Assembly: GCA_041640635.1 (NCBI GenBank)
Contig: JBEPZX010000001.1
Location: 104,764-168,763, forward strand
Reading direction: 5' to 3'
Origin: Aquificaceae bacterium
GTDB taxonomy: Bacteria; Aquificota; Aquificia; Aquificales; Aquificaceae
Length of the DNA stretch: 64,000 nucleotides
Made by a program: the position numbers and the translations under genes. Below are positions 29,049 through 39,203 of this stretch, piece by piece. Each line of letters begins with the position of its first letter. The first letter of the stretch is position 1. The notes beneath the pieces were generated by a model, which ran no database searches, had not been told where the DNA came from, and was given only the letters and a program-made list of their open reading frames with translations.

Positions 29049-29079
29049 TTATACTATAATATTATAAACTTTTAGGAGG

Positions 29080-29616
29080 ATGAGCATGGACGTAAGTAAG
29101 ATACCCGCAGGTAAAAATCCACCCACAGATATTTACGTAGTGGTAGAGATTCCACAAGATAGCTCCATCAAATACGAACTTGATAAAGAAAGTGGAGCTG
29201 TATTTGTAGATAGATTTTTGTTTACAGCTATGCATTATCCCTTTAATTATGGCTTTATACCTCAGACGCTAGCGGATGATGGAGATCCTGTAGATGTTTT
29301 GGTTGTATCTAGATATCCTGTAGCTCCTGGAAGCGTAATAAGGTGTAGACCTATCGGTGGTTTACAGATGAAGGACGAAGAAGGAGTAGACACAAAGTTA
29401 ATAGCCGTCCCTCACTCCAAAGTAGACCCTACTTACGATAAAGTAAACTCTGTAACAGATTTACCAGAGATTTTGTTAAACAGAATAAAGCACTTCTTTG
29501 AACACTACAAAGAGCTAGAACCAGGTAAGTGGGTGAAGGTAGAAGAGTTTAAAGGAGTAGACTTTGCACTAGAAGAGATAAACAAAGGTATAGAGAATTT
29601 TAGAAACACTAAATGA
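29080..29616 (+). CDS. ppa: Inorganic pyrophosphatase (family I)
   Basis: KYELDK, YPFNYG, DGDPVD, FFEHYK. Confidence 0.97.
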   Translation: MSMDVSKIPAGKNPPTDIYVVVEIPQDSSIKYELDKESGAVFVDRFLFTAMHYPFNYGFIPQTLADDGDPVDVLVVSRYPVAPGSVIRCRPIGGLQMKDEEGVDTKLIAVPHSKVDPTYDKVNSVTDLPEILLNRIKHFFEHYKELEPGKWVKVEEFKGVDFALEEINKGIENFRNTK

Positions 29617-30575
29617 CAAACATTATAGAAAAAGCCAAAAAAGTAATAGATATACAAATAGAGGAAATTTCAAGGCTCAGAGATAAGTTAGATGAAAATT
29701 TCGAAAAGGCTGTTAATTTTATACTCAATTGTAAAGGTAAGGTTATAACTACAGGTATTGGTAAATCGGGTCACATAGCACGTAAAATTGCTTCAACTTT
29801 TGCGAGTACTGGCACACCTGCCTTTTTCCTACATCCTTCTGAGGCTCTTCATGGCGATCTTGGTATGGTAGACGAAAAAGATATAGTCATAGCACTATCC
29901 AACAGTGGAGAATCGCAAGAAGTTTTGCAAATAATCCCTTATCTGAAATTTTTGGGTGTTCCCCTCATTTCTATAACCAATAACCCTTCTTCTGAGCTTG
30001 CAAAAAGATCTGATGTGCATATGAGTTTACATGTAAAAAAAGAGGCTTGTCCTTTAAATGTAGCACCAACGAGTTCTACAACCTGTGCTCTGGTTTTGGG
30101 AGATGCTTTAGCGATGGTTGTTTTGGAACTAAAAGGTTTTACTCAAGAAGCTTTCGCATTGAGACATCCAGGCGGAGCTTTGGGAAGAAAGCTGAAGAAG
30201 GTCATAGATCTTTACCATACTGGTCAAGAAATACCTTTGGTTGGAGAGTTGGATAGTATGCCTCAAGTTATACTGGAAATGACAAGTAAAGGTTTTGGTT
30301 CTGCTATTGTGGTAGACCAAGATGGTAAACTCAAAGGCATAATTACAGATGGGGACCTTAGGCGTTTTATAAACAAAGGTGGGGATATAAACAAAAGTAA
30401 AGCTTTGGATGTTATGACAAAAAACCCAAAAAAAGCTTATCCCGATGAGCTGGCAATGGAAGCTTTAAAGAGAATGGAGGACCACAAAATTACCGTTTTG
30501 CCTGTTGTAGATAAAGAGGATAAGGTTATAGGTATAATCCATATGCACGATATTCTAAAGGCAGGTATAGTATGA
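29613..30575 (+). CDS. kdsD: Arabinose 5-phosphate isomerase (KpsF/GutQ; SIS plus CBS)
   Basis: [35 protein letters not shown]. Confidence 0.93.
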   Translation: MTNIIEKAKKVIDIQIEEISRLRDKLDENFEKAVNFILNCKGKVITTGIGKSGHIARKIASTFASTGTPAFFLHPSEALHGDLGMVDEKDIVIALSNSGESQEVLQIIPYLKFLGVPLISITNNPSSELAKRSDVHMSLHVKKEACPLNVAPTSSTTCALVLGDALAMVVLELKGFTQEAFALRHPGGALGRKLKKVIDLYHTGQEIPLVGELDSMPQVILEMTSKGFGSAIVVDQDGKLKGIITDGDLRRFINKGGDINKSKALDVMTKNPKKAYPDELAMEALKRMEDHKITVLPVVDKEDKVIGIIHMHDILKAGIV

Positions 30576-31723
30576 GAAAATTAGCCATATTTGGAAGTAC
30601 AGGTTCTGTAGGTTCTCAGACTATAGAAGTTATAAGAGAATACAAATCAGACTTTCAAATAGTAGCTTTGTGCGCAAAAAGATCTTCTAAGGAGCTTCTG
30701 CAACAGGTTTTGGAATTCAAACCTAAGTACGTTCTTACAGTGGAAGAGCCATCAAGAGAGTGGTTAGAGAGTTTGCCAAAGGAAACGGTATTTCTTAAGT
30801 TCGAGGAAGGGTTACAAGAGGTAATACAAAACTCCAGATATGTACTAAACGCTATAGCTGGTGTAGATGGTTTACAAGTAACTTACGAGACACTTATAAG
30901 AGAGGGGAAAATACTTCTCGCATCCAACAAAGAGTCTATAGTTTGTTTACCTAAGCTTGTCAAAGAAAATAGAGAAAGGGTTATCCCAGTAGATAGTGAA
31001 CATAATGCACTCTTTCAACTTTTACAGATCGTTAGAGAAAAAGGTCTTCAGGATTTCGTAAAACGCATATATCTAACTGCTTCAGGTGGTCCCTTTAGGT
31101 CCAAAACTCTGGAAGAGATAGAGAATGTTTCTGTAGAGGATGCATTAAACCATCCTACATGGAAAATGGGAAGCAAAATTAGTATAGACTCTGCGACATT
31201 GATGAATAAAGGAATAGAGATTTTAGAAGCTTTATCTCTTTTTGATATAGAATTGGACAAAATAGATGTGGTTATTCATCCTCAAAGTGTTGTGCATGGA
31301 ATTGTAGAACTAAAAGATCAATCTTTTATATTTCACGTATCTCAAGCTAACATGAAAATCCCTATACTCCACGCTCTTTTCTACCCAGAAAGAAAACCTT
31401 ATCCTTTTGAAAGCAAAAATATACTAGATATGTCACCTATTACCTTTGAAAAAGTGGACGTTGATAAATTCCCGGCTATTTCTCTGTGTAAGTGGGTAGC
31501 TCAGATGTCTGGAGCCTATGTTCCAGTTTTGCTAGGTGCTGACGAAGTAGCTGTAGAGCTTTTCTTGGAGGGGAAAATAAAATTCACACAGATATACAAG
31601 ATAGTGGAAGAAGTATTAAGTAGGTTAAACATTAAAGACCCAGAGAATGTAGAGCAAATAAAAGCGGCTATAAACTGGGGCAAAGAGAAAGCTATGGAAG
31701 TTTACAGAGAGCTTTTGCAATGA
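30572..31723 (+). CDS. dxr: 1-deoxy-D-xylulose 5-phosphate reductoisomerase
   Basis: [40 protein letters not shown]. Confidence 0.96.
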   Translation: MRKLAIFGSTGSVGSQTIEVIREYKSDFQIVALCAKRSSKELLQQVLEFKPKYVLTVEEPSREWLESLPKETVFLKFEEGLQEVIQNSRYVLNAIAGVDGLQVTYETLIREGKILLASNKESIVCLPKLVKENRERVIPVDSEHNALFQLLQIVREKGLQDFVKRIYLTASGGPFRSKTLEEIENVSVEDALNHPTWKMGSKISIDSATLMNKGIEILEALSLFDIELDKIDVVIHPQSVVHGIVELKDQSFIFHVSQANMKIPILHALFYPERKPYPFESKNILDMSPITFEKVDVDKFPAISLCKWVAQMSGAYVPVLLGADEVAVELFLEGKIKFTQIYKIVEEVLSRLNIKDPENVEQIKAAINWGKEKAMEVYRELLQ

Positions 31724-33465
31724 GGGAAATTTTGATAGCCTTAGGATTCTTCTTTTTCTCCTTTTATATATTTCATGTCTTCTCCTCTCCTTCTTCTTTG
31801 AGAGTGAACTTTGAAAAACTAGATATTGAAAAAGCCCAGCTTTCAATAGGAACGTCAGGTGGAACACTCAGTTTTATCTTAAATGGTGATCCAAAAACCT
31901 TAAATCCAGCTTTAGCTCAAGAAACTACCTCAACTGCTGTTATAGGAGATCTATTCACAGGTTTAACCAAGGTGGATCTAAAGAGTATGAAAGTCGTTCC
32001 AGATTTGGCTCAAGAATGGACAGAGTTAGAAGGTGGGAAAAGATACGTATTTAAGCTAAAGAGTAACTTAAGGTGGTCCGATGGGACACCAATAACCGCC
32101 GATGATGTAGTCTTTACTTACAGAGATATCTACTTAAATAAGGAGATTCCCAATTCTACTGGTGATATGCTCATGGGTATTTTGAAATCTAAAGAAGATA
32201 TCCAAGGATTTGTAAAAAAAATAGATGATTTAACAGTAGAGTTTAATTTATCTTCTCCCTTTGCTTCTTTTTTACAAGCCCTTTCGGCGCCTATACTGCC
32301 AAGGCATAAACTCCAAAAGCATGTAAAGGATGGCACTTTTATGACAGCATGGAACGTAAATACAGATCCAAAAGAGATAGTAGGTTCAGGTCCTTACATA
32401 ATAAAACGTTACATAAAAGGACAGCTTGTAGAGTATGAGGCAAATCCTTACTATTACGAAAGGGACGAAAAAGGAAATCAACTGCCTTACATAAAAACCA
32501 GGATAGGTTACATTGTTCAAGATCCAGACACTGCTCTTATTAAGTTTTCGGATAAAAGAGTTGATTACATAGGTGTTAGAGCACAGGATGTTCTGTATAT
32601 TTCTAAACTAAAGGATGCCAAGCTTCTGGATATGGGACCTACACCATCTACAACTTTTTTGGTCTTTAACCAAAACCCAAAGGCGAAAATTCCACAGTAT
32701 AAAATCAAGTGGTTCACAAAAAGAGAATTTAGACTCGCCTTATCCCATGCAATAGATAGGGAAGGTATATGTTATCTTGTATACAATGCCATGGCTACGC
32801 CTCTTTACTCACCAATAACTCCAGCCAATAGACCTTACTACCAAGAAGGAGTTTTCCCAGTTTATGAATACAATCTGGAAAAAGCAAGAAAATTGCTACT
32901 CTCAGCTGGCTTTAGATACAACCAAAAGGGAGAGTTGTTAGATGAAGAAGGCAACAAAGTAGAAATAGTGCTGCTCACCAATGCAGGAAACAAAGAAAGA
33001 GAAACTATAGGGAATATAATAAAAGAGGACCTAGAAAAGCTAGGTATAAGTGTTGTTTTCAGGCCTATAGACTTCAATACATTAGTCTCCAAACTTACAT
33101 CATCATATGACTGGGAAGCTGTTATTATAGGTCTAACTGGTTCTTTGGATCCGCACTTCGGTAGAAACGTTTGGCACTCTTCTGGTACACTTCATATGTG
33201 GAATCCAAGACAAGAAAAACCAAGTACTCAATGGGAAAAAGAAGTTGATCGTCTTTTTGATCTTGGCGCCATCACCACTGATCAAGAAAAGAGAGTAGAG
33301 ATTTACAGGCAAGCCTATAAAATAATAGCACAAGAACAACCTATGATATTCATAGCTACTCCCAAAAGTATGTTCTCATACAGACCAAAATTTATGAATT
33401 TCTATCCAACGGTTTGGGGTTGGTATGAAGAAAATCGAATTTCGCTCAGTCCTCAAATTCAATAA
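31720..33465 (+). CDS. ABC transporter substrate-binding protein, family 5 (peptide/nickel)
   Basis: DPKTLNP, PDLA, WSDGTPITADDVVFT, GSGPY, FRLALSHAIDR. Confidence 0.9.
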   Translation: MREILIALGFFFFSFYIFHVFSSPSSLRVNFEKLDIEKAQLSIGTSGGTLSFILNGDPKTLNPALAQETTSTAVIGDLFTGLTKVDLKSMKVVPDLAQEWTELEGGKRYVFKLKSNLRWSDGTPITADDVVFTYRDIYLNKEIPNSTGDMLMGILKSKEDIQGFVKKIDDLTVEFNLSSPFASFLQALSAPILPRHKLQKHVKDGTFMTAWNVNTDPKEIVGSGPYIIKRYIKGQLVEYEANPYYYERDEKGNQLPYIKTRIGYIVQDPDTALIKFSDKRVDYIGVRAQDVLYISKLKDAKLLDMGPTPSTTFLVFNQNPKAKIPQYKIKWFTKREFRLALSHAIDREGICYLVYNAMATPLYSPITPANRPYYQEGVFPVYEYNLEKARKLLLSAGFRYNQKGELLDEEGNKVEIVLLTNAGNKERETIGNIIKEDLEKLGISVVFRPIDFNTLVSKLTSSYDWEAVIIGLTGSLDPHFGRNVWHSSGTLHMWNPRQEKPSTQWEKEVDRLFDLGAITTDQEKRVEIYRQAYKIIAQEQPMIFIATPKSMFSYRPKFMNFYPTVWGWYEENRISLSPQIQ

Positions 33466-33594
33466 GTCGTTGTAAGTTAAATGCATTATGCAAAAATCAG
33501 CACTCAAGTAAAAAGGGATTTCGACCCTATTATTTCTCTAGCCTTTTGTTACTTTTAAAGGTTATAAATGATTCAAATTGTGATTTTAATTTCC

Positions 33595-34143
33595 TTAACT
33601 TGTTAAAGTTTTCGAAAACTGTATAAACTCATCTAGAGAGTACCATTTGTTAGAGGATTTATCGTATACTTCTTCTACGTGAATTATACTAAGTTTCCTG
33701 AGAACCTTGTAATCATCAAAATTTTCTATAAATTTTTTGAAATGATCAATACTATCAAAGTAAACTAAGTCCTTACCTTCTCTTGCTACTAAATAATCAT
33801 CCGTTTTCTTCACAAAAACACTGCACACGGGACAACGACATTCTTTAGGTATAGGGGGAGGCTTAAATCTGCTTTTTTTTGTATATATAAATCCGTAGCA
33901 AGTAATGAATAAAGCTAGGATAGCTCCTACAATATCTATAGCGAAAGATAATGATATTGGTACCCTTCCAGTAAAAAAACTATAGATTGATGTGGTCATA
34001 GCGGTGATTGTTGTGCCAGTAACACCAAGTATGAATCTCATAGCTATACCCTTAAAAACCATTAAAAGAACAAGAAAAAAACCAAACATTTCAAGAAGGC
34101 GTGCGAGTATTAATAAGACATACCTTATGTCTAAGGAATCCAT
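33595..34143 (-). CDS. Hypothetical membrane protein with C-terminal CPVC (TRASH/YHS/NosL-like) metal-binding domain
   Basis: Three hydrophobic helices, then CRCPVCSVFV...YFDS; start likely ATG 34143 (MDSLD), 4 nt after the upstream small ORF. Confidence 0.6.
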   Translation of the reverse strand: MDSLDIRYVLLILARLLEMFGFFLVLLMVFKGIAMRFILGVTGTTITAMTTSIYSFFTGRVPISLSFAIDIVGAILALFITCYGFIYTKKSRFKPPPIPKECRCPVCSVFVKKTDDYLVAREGKDLVYFDSIDHFKKFIENFDDYKVLRKLSIIHVEEVYDKSSNKWYSLDEFIQFSKTLTS

Positions 34144-34147
34144 AAAA

Positions 34148-34327
34148 CTACTCTTTTTTTCTGTGAGGAGAGAACACGCTTTCCTTTCTTGCGTTCTTAA
34201 GCTTGTTAAGGAAATAGTCTCTATTTTCTTGTGACAGAAGCATCCCAAAGAATCCTAAGGAAAAACTACCAAGTGCTATTAGTGCTACTAAGATACCAGC
34301 AATTTTAGTTTTTAAGTCCTCATTCAT
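34148..34327 (-). CDS. Small single-TM protein (59 aa), not in ORF track
   Basis: MNEDLKTKIAGILVALIALGSFSLGFFGMLLSQENRDYFLNKLKNARKESVFSPHRKKE; GAGGT RBS; fills the gap cleanly. Confidence 0.7.
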   Translation of the reverse strand: MNEDLKTKIAGILVALIALGSFSLGFFGMLLSQENRDYFLNKLKNARKESVFSPHRKKE

Positions 34328-34341
34328 TTTGTTACCTCATT

Positions 34342-34362
34342 AAAAAAAGCCCCGCAAGGGGC
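34342..34362 (-). terminator. Rho-independent terminator after aa3 subunit I
   Basis: GCCCC-TTGC-GGGGC followed by T7 on the minus strand. Confidence 0.75.
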
Positions 34363-34375
34363 AGTTTGAAAAAAT

Positions 34376-36019
34376 TTAGAAATGAGCATGGTAACCTTTG
34401 TAGTAAGCATAAGGATGCCAATCCTTAGGAACTTCTACAGGGTACTTTTTGAAATTATGAGGTGCGACTGGTGTATCCGTAGCTGACCATTCCAAAGAAG
34501 GAGATTTCCATGGATTATCTTCTGCTTTGGGTCCTTTTAGACTCTTAATCCAATTTATAAGGTGTATCAAAATACCTATGGACAACAATACAGCGCCTAC
34601 TGTTTGTATTTGCATTAAGTTTACCCATTCAGGAATTGGTGGATAATCTGGATATCTTCTTGGCATGCCCATTAATCCAATAACCATTTGGAAGAAGAAC
34701 ATAATGTTTGCACCGATAATCATTAACCAGAAACCTAGTTTACCAAGCCCTTCAGAGTACATTTTTCCAGTAACTTTTGGATACCAATAATATATACCAC
34801 TAAATGCAGCAAAGGTAAGTGCCATTCCTAAAACGTAGTGAAAGTGCCCTACTATAAACAAAGAGTCGGATACACCAAGATCTATAGATACCATAGCGTT
34901 AGGGATTCCAGTTAGCCCACCTATGAGGAACATAAGTATACCACCCAACGTAAGAAGCATAGGTGTGTTATAGATTATTGCACCCTTATATAGTGTTGCT
35001 ACCCAGTTAAATATCTTGATACCAGTAGGTACTCCGACCAAAACTGTAGTGTAAGAGAATAATACTCTTAACCAATCAGGTACTCCAGAAACGAACATAT
35101 GATGCACCCATGTTTCAAAACCTATAAAAGCTATAGCGTATATGGCAAATACCATAGATATATAACCGAAAATAGGTTTTCTGGAAAAAGTTGATACAAC
35201 TTCGGAAAATACTCCAAAGGCTGGTAATATCATTACGTAAACCGCTGGGTGGGAATAGAACCAAAATATATGTTGGTACAACAGTGGATCACCACCAAGC
35301 TCTGGATTAAAGAAATTCATACCAAAGTACCTATCGAGGATCAAAAGATTTACGGAAGCCAAAAGTGCAGGTACACCAAATAGTTGTATGAGACTTGCAG
35401 CCATTACAGTATGAACAAACAGGTTGAGGTTTGTCCAACCGATTCCTTTAGTTCTCATTCTTATGATTGTAGTTATCATATTTACAGAACCTGCCGTTGC
35501 AGATATACCATAAAGGTTAACAATTAACACGACCAAAGAAGTAGGACCAGCATTTTCATTTAGCGAGTATGGAGGATACGCTGTCCACAACATCTTTATC
35601 CAGTTGCCCGGTATGAGTGTCAAAAGAACAAGTATACTAGCACCTAAGAAGGCCCAGTAAGAGAAAGCATTCAATCTCGGGAAAGCAACATCTCTAGCTC
35701 CTATCATAATAGGCACTAAAAAGTTAGCAAAGGCACCAGTCCATATAGCTACAGCCCACCAAAGTAACATAACAGCTCCGTGTCCAGTAAGGAGATAGTT
35801 ATAGAGATCAGTACCTTCTTGACCGAAAAGTGCAGGAAGTTGAATACCAGGCATGCTTTGCTCGAATCTTATAAGCATACCAAAAAGGCCTGCTACCACA
35901 AAGAATAAGAGAGAGGTAACAAAGTAAAGCATACCTATCTTTTTGTGGTCTGTAGTAAAGATCCACTCTTTCAAATTAGCACCAAACCATGTTCCAGCGG
36001 GTGCATGAGCTACAGCCAT
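34376..36019 (-). CDS. coxA: Cytochrome c oxidase subunit I, A2-type (aa3-like)
   Basis: TTDHKKIG, FPRLN, WFYSHPAVY (YS motif marks A2), WVHH, HFHY, GMPRR. Confidence 0.95.
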   Translation of the reverse strand: MAVAHAPAGTWFGANLKEWIFTTDHKKIGMLYFVTSLLFFVVAGLFGMLIRFEQSMPGIQLPALFGQEGTDLYNYLLTGHGAVMLLWWAVAIWTGAFANFLVPIMIGARDVAFPRLNAFSYWAFLGASILVLLTLIPGNWIKMLWTAYPPYSLNENAGPTSLVVLIVNLYGISATAGSVNMITTIIRMRTKGIGWTNLNLFVHTVMAASLIQLFGVPALLASVNLLILDRYFGMNFFNPELGGDPLLYQHIFWFYSHPAVYVMILPAFGVFSEVVSTFSRKPIFGYISMVFAIYAIAFIGFETWVHHMFVSGVPDWLRVLFSYTTVLVGVPTGIKIFNWVATLYKGAIIYNTPMLLTLGGILMFLIGGLTGIPNAMVSIDLGVSDSLFIVGHFHYVLGMALTFAAFSGIYYWYPKVTGKMYSEGLGKLGFWLMIIGANIMFFFQMVIGLMGMPRRYPDYPPIPEWVNLMQIQTVGAVLLSIGILIHLINWIKSLKGPKAEDNPWKSPSLEWSATDTPVAPHNFKKYPVEVPKDWHPYAYYKGYHAHF

Positions 36020-36037
36020 ATCTCACACCTCCTTAAT

Positions 36038-36796
36038 TTATTTTTGTGATACTTGAGAATTTTCTTGTGTTTGTTCCTTTTGTTCCATACCAGCGTTGAG
36101 CCATTTGTTGAATTCCTCTTCGGGCACTACCTTTAATACTGCGAACATTCTAGAATGCCAGGTTCCACAATACTCCTTACAAAATACAAAGTACTCACCT
36201 GGTTTGTTTATTTGAAACCAAAGTTTTGTTATCCTACCCGGTAGTGCATCTTCTGTAATCATAGCTGGATGTACAAAAAATGAATGTATAACATCTCTCG
36301 ATGTTAGGTAAACCTGTATAGGTTTACCTGCAGGTATGTAAGCTTTTTGTTCTTCTGGCGCATCGTAACCCTGGGAATTGAAAAATGCATAAACCTTTTT
36401 ACCATTTGGATACTCAAATTCCCATCCCCACATAAAGCCAACCACTTTTATCTCCATGGCACCTTCTGGTGCGTTTCTTTGTTTTACAAAGTTGGCAAAT
36501 GAGTAAGTTGCTAAGAACAACACCAATATGATAGGAATAACAGTCCAAACGATTTCTAAAGCTGTATTACCTTCTATATGGGCTCCCTCTTCATTGACAC
36601 CTTTTCTATACTTGTATCTTATCATAAAGAATATAGTAGGAATAGCTACAATAAGGTATATGATAACGGCAACATAAAGCCATACAGTATAGCTGTTTTC
36701 CCAATATATTCTCGGGTAAGCTAGTATATCTTCGGCAAAAGATAAACTATTGATTGTAATAAAAGATATTAAAGAAGCTAAAAAAACCTTCATCAT
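36038..36796 (-). CDS. coxB: Cytochrome c oxidase subunit II (CuA)
   Basis: LEIVWTVIP, WGWEFEY, DVIHSF, CKEYCGTWHSRM. Confidence 0.95.
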   Translation of the reverse strand: MMKVFLASLISFITINSLSFAEDILAYPRIYWENSYTVWLYVAVIIYLIVAIPTIFFMIRYKYRKGVNEEGAHIEGNTALEIVWTVIPIILVLFLATYSFANFVKQRNAPEGAMEIKVVGFMWGWEFEYPNGKKVYAFFNSQGYDAPEEQKAYIPAGKPIQVYLTSRDVIHSFFVHPAMITEDALPGRITKLWFQINKPGEYFVFCKEYCGTWHSRMFAVLKVVPEEEFNKWLNAGMEQKEQTQENSQVSQK

Positions 36797-37566
36797 AAAA
36801 CCTCCTTCTTAGGTTTTAGCAAAGCATAGACCACTGTGGAGCCTACTAAAACAAAACCGGCTAATGCAACATAGATGACAGGATTAACTCCATATTTGCC
36901 CGTCTTAGGATCGTACCTATAACATGCAAGAAAAGCTAAATCTACAATAGCGTTTTTTGTAATTCTCATTTCTTCAGCTTCCGCTAGAGCTAGATACATA
37001 TCCCTCTGCGACGGCGAAACACCATACATGTAACGTGTTATTTTCCCACTAGGAGATAAGAACACAATTACGTTAGGATGAACAAACACCTTATCTTGTC
37101 TGGAGTAGAAAAACTTGTAACCTATAGCGGATGTTAATTTATTTATGTTTTCTTCATCCATTACACCAAAGGTCCACGCCTTAGGAAAGTTATCACCTAT
37201 TTGACTTTTGAATTTTTTCAAAGAATCTAAGTTGTCATATTTGTCAAAAGAAAGGACGAGTAAGTTGTAGTCCCTGTTTAAGAACTTGCTGGCTCGCAGA
37301 GCACCACTCACTATTAAAGGACAAGCAGAATCACAAGTGTAGTAAGCCAAAATTAGAGCAGTAGGCTTTCCCTTTGTAAATTCCTCAAAGTTATACTGCT
37401 TTCCATCTTCAGCTGTGAAAATAATATCAGAGGGAATTTTTCTTCCTAAATACTTAGCTTCTTCAATTGTTAGAGATGATGCATCAAAGAAACCTATGTT
37501 ATCAGCAGGTACTTTTGGTGTAGCCCAAACCATATTTAGAATAAGAAAAAGCAATGTTAACAGCAT
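36793..37566 (-). CDS. SCO family copper chaperone
   Basis: YYTCDSACP (CxxxC), FVHP; inside the cox operon. Confidence 0.88.
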   Translation of the reverse strand: MLLTLLFLILNMVWATPKVPADNIGFFDASSLTIEEAKYLGRKIPSDIIFTAEDGKQYNFEEFTKGKPTALILAYYTCDSACPLIVSGALRASKFLNRDYNLLVLSFDKYDNLDSLKKFKSQIGDNFPKAWTFGVMDEENINKLTSAIGYKFFYSRQDKVFVHPNVIVFLSPSGKITRYMYGVSPSQRDMYLALAEAEEMRITKNAIVDLAFLACYRYDPKTGKYGVNPVIYVALAGFVLVGSTVVYALLKPKKEVL

Positions 37567-37569
37567 GGC

Positions 37570-38346
37570 TTAGAAATTACCGTAAGCTCCGACTATATAA
37601 ACTGTGCCTGCAACTAAAAGCCACGCTAAATCAACAAAATGCCAATAAAAACTTGCAGCTTTTATCGGTGTTAACTTTCCGAGTGCTTTGCCGCTGTTTA
37701 TTAAAAGAATAAGCTGGGTTAGGATACCTAGTAGAACGTGAGAAGCGTGTACACCAGTTAAAGAATAAAAGCCTGTACCATACATATTTGAGCTAAATGT
37801 AAAACCGGATTCCCATAGATGAGTCCACTCCCATGCATGTAGTACTAAAAATGCTGAACCTAGAATCATAGTTGATATGAGCCACATTCTGTAGGCACCT
37901 ACATCCTTTTGCTCTAAAGCATGTTCAGCTCTCCAAATTGTGTAGCTGGATGCCCAAAGAATAATGGTAAGGAGTGCAACAAGTTTGAGGTTCATACCAC
38001 CTTCAGGTATCCATTCTGGCCATTTGTCTGCAAAATTGGCTCGTGCTGCCCAAAACGCTGCAAACAGACTACCGAAGATGATTATTTCTGCAAAGACAAA
38101 GTAAATAATACCCTGAAAGCCATGCCCTTCATCATGCCCCTTTGAGAAGTACTCGTTGGCCCAACCAGCAGCTCCTACTGCTAAAAGTGCAAGTCCTAAG
38201 CCTCCGCTCAAAATAGCCAATAAAGGCAAATGCCAATCGGAGTAGGCTATAAAGCCTATAGATAAGAATAGGACAGATAGTCCTGTAGGTAAACCCCACA
38301 AACTTACTTCGTGGTGCCCTGCATGGTGCGTTCCCTCGTGCGCCAT
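37570..38346 (-). CDS. coxC: Cytochrome c oxidase subunit III
   Basis: FVFAEIIIFGSLF, FYSLTGVHASHV, YWHFVD. Confidence 0.93.
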   Translation of the reverse strand: MAHEGTHHAGHHEVSLWGLPTGLSVLFLSIGFIAYSDWHLPLLAILSGGLGLALLAVGAAGWANEYFSKGHDEGHGFQGIIYFVFAEIIIFGSLFAAFWAARANFADKWPEWIPEGGMNLKLVALLTIILWASSYTIWRAEHALEQKDVGAYRMWLISTMILGSAFLVLHAWEWTHLWESGFTFSSNMYGTGFYSLTGVHASHVLLGILTQLILLINSGKALGKLTPIKAASFYWHFVDLAWLLVAGTVYIVGAYGNF

Positions 38347-38390
38347 TTTACCACCTCCTAGTGATTATTGATATTTTCTTACATTATATG

Positions 38391-38419
38391 ATTATACTCA
38401 CTGCAATATGATTTGTCAA
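38391..38419 (-). promoter_or_regulatory. Sigma70 promoter of aa3 oxidase operon
   Basis: Perfect TTGACA-17 bp-TATAAT on the minus strand. Confidence 0.8.
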
Positions 38420-38529
38420 GGTAATTATTATTTCTTTAAGTCTTGCTTCTTATAAAGTCTGTGTAACTAAGAATTTAAAGATCTACGTTAACTCCAAAGA
38501 GGCTCGGATTTAGGAAAATACTTAAATTA

Positions 38530-38557
38530 TTGCAAGTTTCGAATTTTCGAATATAAT
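38530..38557 (+). promoter_or_regulatory. Putative promoter of ba3 oxidase operon
   Basis: TTGCAA-16 bp-TATAAT; the spacer contains TTCGAA-TT-TTCGAA. Confidence 0.55.
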
Positions 38558-38600
38558 TAACACTTATGGTTTTATAATTAAAACTTATAGGAGGTGTACC

Positions 38601-38729
38601 ATGCAAGGGAATGAGTCCTTCAAACCAAAGGGAGCAATTGCCTTTTTTGTAGCGGTGGCTGTGGTCTATTCTGTGGTGTTTCTAACGCTGTATGCGATTT
38701 TGGTTTCGAGAGGATCAACAACACCATAA
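38601..38729 (+). CDS. ba3-type cytochrome c oxidase subunit IIa (42 aa), not in ORF track
   Basis: MQGNESFKPKGAIAFFVAVAVVYSVVFLTLYAILVSRGSTTP; the KPKGA...Y....RG pattern matches subunit IIa; AGGAGGT RBS. Confidence 0.9.
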   Translation: MQGNESFKPKGAIAFFVAVAVVYSVVFLTLYAILVSRGSTTP

Positions 38730-38741
38730 GGAGGAGTTGCT

Positions 38742-39191
38742 ATGTTAGGTGAATTAGAAAAGAGCGAAAAAGCCGCTTTATCTATAGCTGTGGGATTTTT
38801 ACTATTCTTTTTTGGTCTTTTAGTCTACGCAGCTAAGGGAATGAATATCGATGTTCCTACCTGTATAACCGATGTAAAACCGTTTACTGAAGGAAGAGTT
38901 ATACAACACTCCCCTGATAGGTACGAGGTTCATTATCTGGCTTATATGTGGGCATTTGATCCTATGGAAATAGAAGTGCCTAAAGGTGCTACAGTAGACT
39001 TTTATTTAACATCAAAGGATGTTATACACGGTATGCACATAGAAAAAACAAATGTAAATATGATGGCTATTCCAGGAACTGTAGCATATGCCAGGTATAC
39101 ATTTACGAAACCTGGAGAATATAGGGTAATATGCCATGAATACTGCGGTATAGGTCACCAAGATATGATGGCAAAGATAATAGTTAAGTAA
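38742..39191 (+). CDS. cbaB: ba3-type cytochrome c oxidase subunit II
   Basis: Single TM; DVIHGM, CHEYCGIGHQDM. Confidence 0.92.
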   Translation: MLGELEKSEKAALSIAVGFLLFFFGLLVYAAKGMNIDVPTCITDVKPFTEGRVIQHSPDRYEVHYLAYMWAFDPMEIEVPKGATVDFYLTSKDVIHGMHIEKTNVNMMAIPGTVAYARYTFTKPGEYRVICHEYCGIGHQDMMAKIIVK

Positions 39192-39203
39192 GGAGGTATT
39201 ATT

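Noticed and set aside
33466..33594. Intergenic region with short hairpins (AGGG...CCCT, TGCAT.ATGCA) as an sRNA
   Set aside because: Stems are only 4-5 bp and there is no clear promoter; at most a weak terminator between convergent genes.
34144..34248. Cys/His-containing N-terminal extension (MGCFCHKK...) of the 33595 ORF
   Set aside because: It overlaps the better supported 59-aa ORF, which has an SD in another frame; ATG 34143 is the more plausible start.
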